From NCBI RefSeq assembly GCF_964355755.1, contig NC_092679.1, forward strand, positions 22,551,432-22,615,431: a stretch of 64,000 nt of DNA, written 5' to 3'. Of the stretch, positions 25,932 through 37,207 are shown in pieces. Every line of letters begins with the position of its first letter. Positions within the stretch are counted from its first letter, which is position 1. The translations under genes and the position numbers were made by a program. This DNA is from Antedon mediterranea (lineage: Eukaryota; Animalia; Echinodermata). Below the pieces are notes generated by a model, which was not told the origin of the DNA, did no database searches, and saw only the letters and a program-made list of their open reading frames with translations.

Positions 25932-28900
25932 TTAGTTCAGGAACCTTATACTCATCATCTGTCCTGGATCATTTCTTTCAAGGGCCTGCAACAAAAGAAA
26001 TTTGATTAATTAAAATCTTAAAACAAAGTATAAAAAATAAGTACAATATTTTAGGCATACATTAAATGTTACAATATGGAGAAGGATCACAACTGGAATG
26101 TGAATCCTTATCTCGTTAACTACAGTAAATAGAATAAGTATGATAATCAGAATAAATCTATAGATCATTTCCTCTCACAATTTGTTTTGTTAAGAAGGAA
26201 AGCAGATAGCAAATTTGCCAAGCCTGCCTCCTAGGTCCATGTTCTATATATAATTCACAGTAGGGTGCTATAAAACAAATAATGAATGTTTTATTGTATT
26301 CATTGAATGGAGAGAATATTTCATGAGTTGCAAAACTAACTGCTCTATTAAACACGGCTCCGTCTTGTTAAATAGATCAGTCAATCTTTCAACTCATGAA
26401 ATATTCACACTATTCAACTCACAAACATGCATTATTTGTACTATATACTAATTGGAAGAAATTCGCACAGTATTAGGGAGTTTTCGCAACCTTACGAATA
26501 CGATAACGAAAACGTCACATTTGTGAAACTTTTGAGCTGATCCCCATTTCATATTCGTAAAGCGTATTCGTGTTGACGAATATCACCAGTCATATTCGTG
26601 AACTACAAAACGAGTATAGTTTTTGATCTATTTTGCACATTTTGCATTTGAATCAGGAATGATTCATGATTATAATATAATTATACTTTTATTGAAAGTA
26701 ATTTACTAAAGTAATTTACTAAAATGCCAGGTCAATTTTGATAAATAGCAGTTTTTAAAGTCCTCACTCGCTTTGATGTTACGCTAGGCCTAGGCAGCCA
26801 AGCACCAAGCAACACGTACCTGCGCTTTGCTCAAATTTACAGCAGTCATATTTTGGGCAGCACCCTCAATATTTCGTTGCCATGCGAAACAGATTTTTAC
26901 TGGCTTACGAAAAACGATTACGTCGTGTGCGTGACGTATCCGTTTTCGTAAGATTGCGAAAACTCCCTATTAACTTCAAAATAACAAACCTTTGAAAAGT
27001 TTTCAAATGTGATATGTCCCACATTATCCTGGTCCGACTCTTTGATGGTTCGATCAGCAATTAATCCGAGTTGATCGTCCGTGATGTTGTTGCCAACCAT
27101 CATCTCCAAGACAACAAGCAGTTCATCTTTGCTGATTTTATCATCGCCGTCAAGATCGTACATCTTGAATGCAACTATGAAATGTAAAGATATAATTTCA
27201 ATATTAACCATAGAGATAATATAAGCCAATGGCAAGAGTGCATTCAACAACCATAGAGATAATATAAGCTAATGGCAAGAGTGCATTCAACAACCATAGA
27301 GATAATATAAGCTAATGGCAAGAGTGCATTCAACAACCATAGAGATAATATAAGCTAATGGCAAGAGTGCATTCAACAACCATAGAGATAATATAAGCTA
27401 ATGGCAAGAGTGCATTCAACAACCATAGAGATAATATAAGCTAATGGCAAGAGTGCATTCAACAACCATAGAGATAATATAAGCTAATGGCAAGAGTGCA
27501 TTCAACAACCATAGAGATAATATAAGCTAATGGCAAGAGTACATTCAACAACCATAGAGATAATATAAGCTAATGGCAAGAGTACATTCAACAACCATAG
27601 AGATAATATAAGCTAATGGCAAGAGTGCATTCAACTAGGTGAACAACTCTTTAAAATGGCCACTGTATCTTGAAAAAGTATTGGAGTTGAAGAGAGACTC
27701 TCTAATTGCCATATAATGCCTCTATGAATTTTAAATAAAAGTGATTTCCATTCCATCAGGAATATTACGGTAATTCACCAAATCCTAGTCTGGGTTCCAG
27801 ACGGAGTTTTGTCTTAATATTAGTAAAAAGATAAATATTTTGGCACATATGGCGTTTCATACGTATACTACTTGATTTTGTATTTTCAGACAAAAATCGC
27901 GGTCGAAATAAAAACAAATAAAAAAAAAAAAAAAAGAAAATACACACTTGGGGCAAGTCTAACCAAATCCCTGCGTGTCTGTCCAGCTTTATTCAGAGAC
28001 TAGGGGTCGCACAGTCTACAAACTTGGTGGGTGGGTGCAGTTCGGAAAATAAAGAACAAGTTTGCGAGGTCGTCAAGGTCAAATTACAAAATTCTCAAAT
28101 TGCACTGATTGACTGAAACTTGGGTAAAGCAATCTTGAGGATAAAGTGCATATTAATCTGATATTGAGGAGGGAGTTAACCAAGATCATGCGATGTCAAA
28201 GGCCAAGGTAAAATTTCAAAATTGCTCAGATCGAGTTGAAACTTACATTTCAGTTTATTTTCAACACTATTAACAGCACCTGGTCCATCACTCTTTCTGA
28301 TTGGTCTAAATATTGCCAACGTTTTCATGAATTTCTTAAAGTCGATATTGCCATCTGGACTGTCAGCAAAAAAGGATTGTATGATGCGGTCGCCCAATGG
28401 ATTCACTGCCAGTTCTGGGATCCTTAGAAGATCTGACCGTCTTTTATTTGAAAGAAAAAATAATTATAGTTTGGATACAATTTTTACTGTACTTTATCAC
28501 TTTTTTAATTGTGTTGTATTTATCTTGGGGACCTTTATTTGATTATTACCATATTATACCCCAAAAAATAAACACCTCCCCGAATAACGCCACCCCTAAA
28601 AACACTCCTGATTAATAAACGCCCCAAACCGTTGATTCCAGTAAATACGGTAATAATTAAACAAATGTAATGCAGTGAAACAGTTTTTAAAAAGCATTGA
28701 CAATACAATACATACCCAAGTCTTCCACTACTAGTTTTGTCTAAACTAGTAAACCGGCTGTACAAGCGTAGAATTTGTTTGTGAGAAACTGTAATACAAA
28801 TATACAGTAAATTTAATTTTTTTTTACCAATATGTGACATTTAATGAATATTAGTTATACAGACCTGGCCACCAGGCTTGTTAATTGAGAGTTTTACTAG

Positions 28901-31900
28901 CCCACTTGCTGGTTTACAAGTCCATTGATTCCAAATTGTGGGCACTACTCCAAGGTAAATTCGTCTCAATTTCAATGCCCTACACTAGACACATGTGCTT
29001 TATTGAGTTTAGGGCTGTTTTAACTAGAAAGTGCTGTCATTTTTTATGTTTTGGGAGACAATACAAAGCCTACTATAGCCCACTTGTTGCACATCTTTTT
29101 AATTACTGTATGTTCAAGTTAACTTCTATCTTCAAGTTAAAACTTACTACAACAAAAACACATATTACACATCTTTTTCTTAATTATCTTTATTTTTCAT
29201 GTTTTGGGGAACAATACTGTACATCTTTAAGTTAAGCTTCTATACCACACATTACACATATCTGTATATCCTTTTCCTACAGTCGTCATGTACAGAAGTG
29301 GTTAGTTTACAATCTCAGTATGACTAGTCACTATTCATTGTTGTTTGTATTGCTTCCTCTAGCTAACAATCAGGTTATTCAGAGAGGTAGTTCAATTGAG
29401 GAAGTATGAGCTAGATCGCTACTAAGTTGGTTTCTATACGACAACTGACATTTACAAAACAGAAGCATTGTATCAATTTAGAAGTAGAACATATTCAGAA
29501 AGAAGAAACACTCACTGAAAGTCAACAAATGCAAAATTTGTTATTTTTACTAAACATTTCTTATTAATTTATTTGTTTATTAATTAAAACTAAGTGTAAA
29601 GGCCAAATTAAGAAGTTTTACTATTAATTTACTGTACTTTATTTATTGTGTGGCTCTATGAAGCCAAGTTAGCTCATTGTTCCACTTGAGTAACTCTTTG
29701 CTGATTGGCTAGTTAGTAGTGCTCACAGGTGGCATTATTATGCAAATTAGCTCACTGTGTTCTGTGGCCAAGGTCAGTCAGTTAGTACAAGACAATGGTG
29801 GTTAATGGACACATCAGTGGGATGCTAGTGTATTACTTTGGTTGCTTAGGCCTACTTTCGGTAAGCGTATACTTATATACACATAAGATTAGGAGGCAGG
29901 CATATCATCTTAATGAAACTATTGTAGTAACTATTGAGTCTTTACTTTATAGATGTTTTGTTAAACTTTCAGTTAATCGTGATATGTGAACTTGGGCGTG
30001 GCGGAGAATTCCTAGAAAGAAGTAATTATATAGGAACATTGTAACCGTCACGTTAGATTATCGTCACGCATTAGCAAGCCTATGTCAAATAAATACAGTA
30101 CTCATGTGGATGCAACAATTGGCAGAACTTGTGTATTTTGTTCTGAATAAGCATTAACGAAAAGGCTGAGAATGAGTACAGCAGGATTAATTGGTGATAG
30201 TACAAGAAGGCGTAGAGTGCCCACTGAGAAAGGTCTTGAATATAATAAGGATTTAAAGTTGAGAAATATTCATTACAGTTTTAAGGCCGTTAAAGAAAAA
30301 TCTGAACGTATTCAGTATGTGAAGGGGAGTAATCCTGATTTGGAAGTAATGAGAAATGAATATAAGGCATGGATGGGCATGTATGAAGAATTTCTCCAAA
30401 GGCATGATGAATATTATGCTCTGTTGTCTGACGAGGAACGTGTTAGTTATAGAATTAAATGGTATGATGAAAGAAGCAATTGGCTTGGCAATTTTAAGGC
30501 TTCAATGGAAGAATGGTTTGGAATAGCTTCCAGTAAGAGACCCAATCCACCTGGATCTATTGTGTCAAGAAGGTCGTCTCAGCATAGTTTGGCTGTGTCG
30601 GAAAGGCTACGAAGTGAGCAGAAAAGAGCTGAACTTAAAGCCAGGGCAGCATCTCTTAGAAACGTGCACCAATTAGAACTTCAGAAGTTAAGTTTAAGAT
30701 TGAAAGAAGAAGAGATGAGACTACAGACAGAGGTGGACGTCCTTGAAGCAAGAAGCAGAGTGCTTGATAAGTTTGATAGTGAGGCAGGTTCTGTATTCAG
30801 TGATAGCCTTGATATTGATAGGGCTCCGAGAGCTAGACTTGCAAGTTCATTGGATGGTAAAGTTAATGCACATACACATGTTGATGTGTGTGCACATATC
30901 GAAGATCATCGAGTACATGTTCAGGATAAGGTACCTGTGTATGGTGATGAGGTTCGTGTACCTGATGTAAACGGGAAGATTACTAATCCATATGGAATGC
31001 CGACTATTACCACAGATCTTCCTCAGGCACTGGTGAAACAGCTTCAGAGGCCAACACCGGAAATGATGAAGTTTGGTGGTGATCCCATGGAATATAAAAA
31101 ATTCATGCGACAGTTTCAAGCCAGAGTTGTGAGAAATACGGAAAGTGATGATGAGCGGTTGTACTACTTAGAGCAGTTTACCTACGGAGAAGCAAAGAAG
31201 ATTGTAAATGGCTTTAGTTATCTTGATGCCGAGTTGGGGTACCAAGCAGCTTTACATGAATTGGAGGAACGATATGGAGATACAGAATTAATCGCAAATG
31301 CCTTTATTAGAAAGGCACTAGCTTGGCCAGTAATCAAAGATGGTAACCCTAAAGCTTTAGATGCCTTCTCAATATTTCTGGTAGAATGTGAAAATGCGGT
31401 AAGATGCGTTGATTCTATGAAAATTCTTGAGTACTCTGAAAACATGAAGAAGATTGTGAAGAGGCTTCCTTACTCCCTTCATGACAAATGGAGAAGTTTA
31501 GTGCAGAAAACTAAAGAAAACAAGCAGACAGTGGCGTTTAAACTTCTTGTGCAGTTTGTGAAGAACGAAGCAAAAAAGGCTAATGACCCTACTTATGGTA
31601 AACTTGCATTATGTGGAGATGACTTTGGTGTACAGGGGCCGGCACAGACAAAGAGTAGAGGGAGAGTCAGCACAGCAACCAACCTTTCAGACGGGCAGAA
31701 CTTGGATGGTTCTATTCTGAGCAGTAATAAGGCAAATTCACAAACTACAAGATGCCTGTACTGCATGAATACCTCGCATTCACTAATGGGTTGCCGAAAG
31801 ATTGAAACACTTACCCTGCAGGGCCGCATACATTTTCTGAGAAGCAAGGGTTTGTGTTTTGGCTGCTTGAAACCAGGTCATATGAAACAGCATTGTCGCA

Positions 31901-34900
31901 ATAAGGCAGTTTGTAAGAAATGTCAGGGGCATCACCCTTCAGTTTTGCATGTTTCTGGCAGAGAAGGAAACGCTGTGGATATTTCAAAGACAATAGCTAA
32001 TAATATGGAGGCTCCCAAGACAGTAGCTCCTAACACGGACACTTCAAAGACCAAATCCACTACTACACAGACACAGATAGACGGTAGCTCAAGTTTTGCA
32101 GATGTATATGGTTCTGATACAGAAAATACAGAATGTGATGGAGACTGTACGATGGCAATTGTTCCAGTAAGAGTGAGAATGAGAAATAGTATTAAGGAAG
32201 TCGTCACATATGCATTTCTTGATCCTGGTAGCAATGTGTCTTTCTGCTCCAGTGCTCTGATGAAAGAAGTGTGTGGGACCGGTCATAAAATGAAGATCAC
32301 AATCGAAACAATGGGTGTACCACATACAATGTATACCTACGTGGTGGAAGGTTTAGAAATCCTAAGTCTTGATAGTTTGAATATAACAGAATTACCTAAA
32401 GTTTATACTAAAGATAGGATGCCAGTTTCTCACCATCACATACCTACTGCCAGCGATGTTCGTCATTGGCCACACTTTTCAGATGTCCATCTTCCACATG
32501 TCAACGCCGACATTGGTTTGTTAATTGGAAATAATGTTCCAGATGCATACACGCCAAGGCAAGTTAGAACCGGACCAGCTGGGAGCCCACATGCGACACA
32601 GACAGCTTTAGGTTGGATAGCATGGAACGTAATTCGGAACGATGGATCCAGGTCTGGTAAAGAAGATATCTTGGCAGTGAACAAAGCCACTATAAGTGCG
32701 ATACAGGAAGTTGAAGACAACAGAAAACTAGAGAAGTTAGTAAGAGAATGCATTAATTATGACTTTCCTGAACGTACAATTGACGACAGGAAAGAATGGT
32801 CTCAAGAGGACAGAAGATTTATGGCGGTAGTGGAAAAATCCTGTAGGTTGAAAGATGGCCACTATCAAATTAGTTTACCTTTCAGAAGTGACTTGAACTT
32901 GCCCGATAACTCTGAAGTAGCTGTACGTCGACTAAAAGGTTTAGAAAAGAGGCTCCGGAGAGACTCCAAGCTACATTCTGATTATAACGACTTCATGTCT
33001 AAAATAATACAAAATGGGTATGCAGAAATTGTCCCTATTAAGGATTTAGCTAGAGCTGACGGGAAGGTATGGTACATCCCGCATCATGGGGTGTATCACC
33101 CCAAGAAACCAGACAAAGTTCGTGTCGTCTTCGACTGTACTTGTAAATACCATGGGGTATCACTAAACGACCTTCTCCTTCAAGGTCCAAACCTAACCAA
33201 CAACCTCATTGGCGTCTTATTGCGTTTCCGACAAGAGAATGTTGCAATCATGGGAGACATTGTATCGATGTTTTACCAAGTTCATGTTCCCAAAGATGAA
33301 TGTGATTTTCTTCGGTTTTATTGGTGGCCGCAAGGTAATCTAAGCATTGATCCAGTTATCTACAGAATGACAGTTCATTTGTTTGGGGCTGTCTCATCGC
33401 CTTCGTGTGCCAACTTTGCACTGCGTTTGACTGCACAGAGGAACAAGAATTTATTCGATCCGATAGTAGCCGATACAGTGTTGGGTAACTTTTATGTTGA
33501 CGATTGCCTCAAATCGGTTAGTTCAAGTGACCAAGCAGTATCTCTTATTCAGCAGCTTACCACACTTTGTGAAATGGGTGGTTTCAAGTTATCGAAATGG
33601 GTAAGCAACAAGCGAGAAGTACTACTTTCGGTTCCAGCAGCTGAACGAGCCAAAGAGTTTGAAAACATAGAATTAGATTATGAGAAACTTTCGATAGAAC
33701 GAGCTCTAGGAATTAGATGGTCAGTAGTCGCTGATACTCTTGGATTTAAGAATGTTGTACCAAGTCGACAACCAACTAGAAGAAACGTTCTTTCTATAAT
33801 CAGCTCAGTATACGATCCTTTGGGATTTGCGGCACCGTTTATTTTACCCGCTAAAATCCTCCTTCAAGAAATGTGCAGAAATAATGTTCAATGGGACCAA
33901 GAATTAACTGGTAACGACTTAGCAAGATGGCAGCAATGGTTAAACAATTTAACAAATCTAGATAAATTGATTATCCCTAGATGCTTTAAACCATCTATTT
34001 TCGGAAAGGTGAAGTCTTGTCAGATACACAACTTCTCGGATGCTAGTAACCAAGGTTATGGAATGGTATCTTATCTCCGATTAGAAGATGTTGACGGAAA
34101 GATACATTGTTCTCTACTTATTGGAAAATCCAGAGTTGCACCATTGAAGAAGGTGACAGTGCCACGCATGGAGCTGACAGCCGCTATGTTAGCTGTTCGT
34201 GTTAACAAAATTATTATGGATGAGTTAAGTTGTCAGGTGCATAAAGTTTTATTTTGGACGGACAGCATGTCAGTTTTAAAATGGATATCTAATGAATCTG
34301 CACATTTCCATACGTTTGTGGCGAACCGAATTCACACAATCAGAGAATCATCGGAGAGCAGCCAGTGGAGATATGTGGAATCCAAATGTAATCCAGCTGA
34401 TGATGCCTCAAGAGGTCTCGATTTCCGAAATTTGTTACAAAATCAACGGTGGCTGAAAGGCCCAGACTTCTTGTGGAAATCGGAGGATAACTGGCCTAAG
34501 TATGATATACAACCTCAACCTATTTTGGATAATGACCCAGAAGTGAAAACGACTGCAAATGCTGTTATCGTAAATGGGTCCTCAGAAATAATTAAAAGGT
34601 TGTTCTCTCGTTATTCAACATGGATGAGGTTGAAGATAGCGGTTGGTTGGATTTTAAGGCTAAAATGTAAATTACGGGAACAAGCGGCTCTGAAGAAGAG
34701 AAAATTAAATAACAACCATAATCAAACTCAAACCCAAGCTGAAAACAAGAAGCTGCAATGTAACGGTAATCCAATATCTCCTGAAATACTGGAAACAGCA
34801 GAAGAAGCGATAATTCGCTACGTACAAACCAAACAGTTTCCTGATGAGCTAAACTCACTAAAAGAAGGTGAATTGCATGGTAAACTAAAGAAATCTAGTT

Positions 34901-37207
34901 CCATTTATAAATTGAATCCGTTTATAAAAGATGGAATTCTGAGAGTGGGAGGACGTCTGGAACAAGCATCTATACCATACGAGATGAAACATCCGATCCT
35001 GTTGCCGAAGAAACATGTTGTCTCAAATTTGCTACTAGAAGAGACACATAGATTGACGGGACATCTTGGTAAAAATGCCATACTTGCACGAGTAAGACAA
35101 AAATATTGGATCTTAGGAGCAAATGAAGCCATAAAGAGATTGACGTCAAAATGTGTAGTCTGTCGCAAGTATCAGGGCAAGGCTGGCGAACAAATGATGG
35201 CAGATTTACCTGAAGAACGTCTTAAACCAAATATGCCACCATTTTCTAATATTGGAATGGATTATTTTGGACCCCTGGAAGTGAAACGGGGACGTGCTGT
35301 ACAAAAACGATATGGGGTAATATTCACTTGCTTTACCAGTAGGGCAGTGCATCTTGAAGTTGCTCATTCGCTTGATACCGCTTCATGCATTAACGCAATA
35401 AGACGTTTTATTGCTAGAAGAGGTACACCCAATATGATACTGTCCGACAACGGGACAAATTTAGTTGGTGCTGAAAGAGAGTTACGGGAAGAAATCAGCA
35501 AGTGGAACCAAACCAAACTGACAAATACTTTGAGTCAAAAAGGTATAGCTTGGAAATTTAATCCACCGCATGGTTCTCATTTCGGCGGTGTTTGGGAACG
35601 GTTAATACGTTCGGTACGGAAAATATTGTACTCACTAATGCATCACCAAATGCATCGATTTGATGATGAGGGTCTTCATACACTATTCTGTGAGGTTGAA
35701 GCAACACTAAATAGCCGTCCCATTACTACTGTTTCTGATGACCCTAATGATCTGCAGGCATTAACACCAAATGATTTGTTGTTAAGCAAAGGTAAAGTTT
35801 TACAACCTGGAATCTTTAGCAAAGATGACAATTATCCACGTCGACGTTGGCGTCAAGTTCAACACCTAGCTGATCTCTTTTGGAAAAGGTGGACAAAAGA
35901 GTACTTGCCTACGTTACAAGTACGCCGGAAATGGATAAATCCCAGAAGGAACTTTGCTGTTGGAGATATAGTTTTGTTGATGGAAAACACACCCCGCAAC
36001 ACATGGGCACTTGGTAGGGTGCTGAAAGTAATGACTGACAGAAATGGATATGTTAGAGTGGTCGAAGTAAAAACTGCAACTACAGTACTCCAGCGACCAA
36101 TTGACAAGTTGTGCTTACTTCTAGAGGCAGATAACTAAATGCTTAAAGAAAAAAGAACTTTTAAATTAAATAATTAATTTGTTCTGTTAAAGAAAAAGAA
36201 TATATTTGGCCAAGTTTGTTATAGATAATTGTGGTTCACAATTAAGGGGCCGGTGTAAAGGCCAAATTAAGAAGTTTTACTATTAATTTACTGTACTTTA
36301 TTTATTGTGTGGCTCTATGAAGCCAAGTTAGCTCATTGTTCCACTTGAGTAACTCTTTGCTGATTGGCTAGTTAGTAGTGCTCACAGGTGGCATTATTAT
36401 GCAAATTAGCTCACTGTGTTCTGTGGCCAAGGTCAGTCAGTTAGTACAAGACAATGGTGGTTAATGGACACATCAGTGGGATGCTAGTGTATTACTTTGG
36501 TTGCTTAGGCCTACTTTCGGTAAGCGTATACTTATATACACATAAGATTAGGAGGCAGGCATATCATCTTAATGAAACTATTGTAGTAACTATTGAGTCT
36601 TTACTTTATAGATGTTTTGTTAAACTTTCAGTTAATCGTGATATGTGAACTTGGGCGTGGCGGAGAATTCCTAGAAAGAAGTAATTATATAGGAACATTG
36701 TAACCGTCACGTTAGATTATCGTCACGCATTAGCAAGCCTATGTCAAATAAATACAGTACTCATGTGGATGCAACAATTGGCAGAACTTGTGTATTTTGT
36801 TCTGAATACTAAGAATTGATATTTCTAAGTTTAGGGAGATTTTCTTCTGCAGCAGCGGGTAGAAAAGTACATGGTAGTTGGTACAGAATAATTTAATCAC
36901 ACACAACAATAATTCAGCTGGAAGTAAATAATAATATATGTCTAGTCTAGGTTTAGAGGACACGCAATAAGACCTACTTATGACCTTCTGCTGGCTGGCG
37001 GCCTACGTTGCCTTCCTAACTAGCCAACTACTGACTTTTCGCAAGGCTAGGCCTCTGGCCTAGCCAGGCCCAGGCTAGTCTAAGTAAGATTTATTAGGAA
37101 CTCGTCTTCTAATTAATGACTCTGAGTGTATGGTACTTACAGCCAGTCTGTTCTTCGATTTCTTGGATTTCTTCATCTCGTAATAGTGTGGAAGCGTTAG
37201 ACCCCAT
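25932..37207 (-). CDS. CHP1: Calcineurin B homologous protein 1 (EF-hand, N-myristoylated), 5 coding exons
   Basis: Exons 37207-37141, 28788-28716, 28440-28247, 27174-26990, 25985-25932: MGSNASTLLRDEEIQEIEEQTGFSHKQILRLYSRFTSLDK...RIPELAVNPLGDRII...FAFKMYDLDGDDKISKDEL..IADRTIKESD...MSIRFLN*. Confidence 0.96.
26270..26445. mobile_element. Second member of the fold-back hairpin family
   Basis: Same ends as 16561-16731 (TAAAACAAATAATGAATGTTT ... CATTATTTGTA) with a different inner stem, GAATATTTCATGAGTTG / CAACTCATGAAATATTC. Confidence 0.6.
26475..26968. mobile_element. Non-autonomous DNA transposon with TIRs and ATT target duplication (PHIS group, ISL2EU/Pangu-like)
   Basis: ATT-AGGGAGTTTTCGCAACCTTACGAA ... 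TTCGTAAGATTGCGAAAACTCCCT-ATT. Confidence 0.8.
27206..27635. repeat. Minisatellite, 43 bp x 10
   Basis: Unit AACCATAGAGATAATATAAGCTAATGGCAAGAGTGCATTCAAC, near-identical copies, in CHP1 intron 3. Confidence 0.97.
29595..30149 (+). repeat. 5' LTR (555 bp)
   Basis: Starts TGTAAAGGCC, identity with the 3' copy ends at TTCTGAATA; AATAAA at 30088-30093. Confidence 0.95.
30172..36138 (+). CDS. BEL/Pao Gag-Pol polyprotein (1988 aa)
   Basis: Gag (FGGDPMEY..F), three Zn knuckles (CLYC..H..C, CFGC..GH..C, CKKC..HH..LH), protease AFLDPGS, RT WYIPHHGV/RVVFD/YVDD, RNase H FSDAS, integrase HHCC plus MDYFGP/SDNGTN/WERL, C-terminal FWKRWTKEYL. Confidence 0.97.
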   Translation: MSTAGLIGDSTRRRRVPTEKGLEYNKDLKLRNIHYSFKAVKEKSERIQYVKGSNPDLEVMRNEYKAWMGMYEEFLQRHDEYYALLSDEERVSYRIKWYDERSNWLGNFKASMEEWFGIASSKRPNPPGSIVSRRSSQHSLAVSERLRSEQKRAELKARAASLRNVHQLELQKLSLRLKEEEMRLQTEVDVLEARSRVLDKFDSEAGSVFSDSLDIDRAPRARLASSLDGKVNAHTHVDVCAHIEDHRVHVQDKVPVYGDEVRVPDVNGKITNPYGMPTITTDLPQALVKQLQRPTPEMMKFGGDPMEYKKFMRQFQARVVRNTESDDERLYYLEQFTYGEAKKIVNGFSYLDAELGYQAALHELEERYGDTELIANAFIRKALAWPVIKDGNPKALDAFSIFLVECENAVRCVDSMKILEYSENMKKIVKRLPYSLHDKWRSLVQKTKENKQTVAFKLLVQFVKNEAKKANDPTYGKLALCGDDFGVQGPAQTKSRGRVSTATNLSDGQNLDGSILSSNKANSQTTRCLYCMNTSHSLMGCRKIETLTLQGRIHFLRSKGLCFGCLKPGHMKQHCRNKAVCKKCQGHHPSVLHVSGREGNAVDISKTIANNMEAPKTVAPNTDTSKTKSTTTQTQIDGSSSFADVYGSDTENTECDGDCTMAIVPVRVRMRNSIKEVVTYAFLDPGSNVSFCSSALMKEVCGTGHKMKITIETMGVPHTMYTYVVEGLEILSLDSLNITELPKVYTKDRMPVSHHHIPTASDVRHWPHFSDVHLPHVNADIGLLIGNNVPDAYTPRQVRTGPAGSPHATQTALGWIAWNVIRNDGSRSGKEDILAVNKATISAIQEVEDNRKLEKLVRECINYDFPERTIDDRKEWSQEDRRFMAVVEKSCRLKDGHYQISLPFRSDLNLPDNSEVAVRRLKGLEKRLRRDSKLHSDYNDFMSKIIQNGYAEIVPIKDLARADGKVWYIPHHGVYHPKKPDKVRVVFDCTCKYHGVSLNDLLLQGPNLTNNLIGVLLRFRQENVAIMGDIVSMFYQVHVPKDECDFLRFYWWPQGNLSIDPVIYRMTVHLFGAVSSPSCANFALRLTAQRNKNLFDPIVADTVLGNFYVDDCLKSVSSSDQAVSLIQQLTTLCEMGGFKLSKWVSNKREVLLSVPAAERAKEFENIELDYEKLSIERALGIRWSVVADTLGFKNVVPSRQPTRRNVLSIISSVYDPLGFAAPFILPAKILLQEMCRNNVQWDQELTGNDLARWQQWLNNLTNLDKLIIPRCFKPSIFGKVKSCQIHNFSDASNQGYGMVSYLRLEDVDGKIHCSLLIGKSRVAPLKKVTVPRMELTAAMLAVRVNKIIMDELSCQVHKVLFWTDSMSVLKWISNESAHFHTFVANRIHTIRESSESSQWRYVESKCNPADDASRGLDFRNLLQNQRWLKGPDFLWKSEDNWPKYDIQPQPILDNDPEVKTTANAVIVNGSSEIIKRLFSRYSTWMRLKIAVGWILRLKCKLREQAALKKRKLNNNHNQTQTQAENKKLQCNGNPISPEILETAEEAIIRYVQTKQFPDELNSLKEGELHGKLKKSSSIYKLNPFIKDGILRVGGRLEQASIPYEMKHPILLPKKHVVSNLLLEETHRLTGHLGKNAILARVRQKYWILGANEAIKRLTSKCVVCRKYQGKAGEQMMADLPEERLKPNMPPFSNIGMDYFGPLEVKRGRAVQKRYGVIFTCFTSRAVHLEVAHSLDTASCINAIRRFIARRGTPNMILSDNGTNLVGAERELREEISKWNQTKLTNTLSQKGIAWKFNPPHGSHFGGVWERLIRSVRKILYSLMHHQMHRFDDEGLHTLFCEVEATLNSRPITTVSDDPNDLQALTPNDLLLSKGKVLQPGIFSKDDNYPRRRWRQVQHLADLFWKRWTKEYLPTLQVRRKWINPRRNFAVGDIVLLMENTPRNTWALGRVLKVMTDRNGYVRVVEVKTATTVLQRPIDKLCLLLEADN
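36254..36808 (+). repeat. 3' LTR (555 bp)
   Basis: No difference from the 5' LTR found by line-by-line reading. Confidence 0.95.

Larger units (their letters stand above)
29595..36808 (+). mobile_element. Full-length BEL/Pao LTR retrotransposon in CHP1 intron 1 (antisense to CHP1)
   Basis: Direct repeats 29595-30149 and 36254-36808; CTAAG at 29590-29594 and 36809-36813; purine-rich AAGGGGCCGG before the 3' LTR; single Gag-Pol ORF. Confidence 0.98.

Noticed and set aside
27206-27635. CRISPR-like array
   Set aside because: Head-to-tail units with no unique spacers, inside a eukaryotic intron.
29795-29989. Duplicated 64-aa ORF (also 36454-36648) as a gene pair
   Set aside because: Both copies lie within the LTRs; at most an upstream ORF.
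30743-36107. Short ORFs overlapping the Gag-Pol ORF, or an env gene
   Set aside because: Shadows of the long frame; only about 115 bp lie between the stop and the 3' LTR, leaving no room for env.
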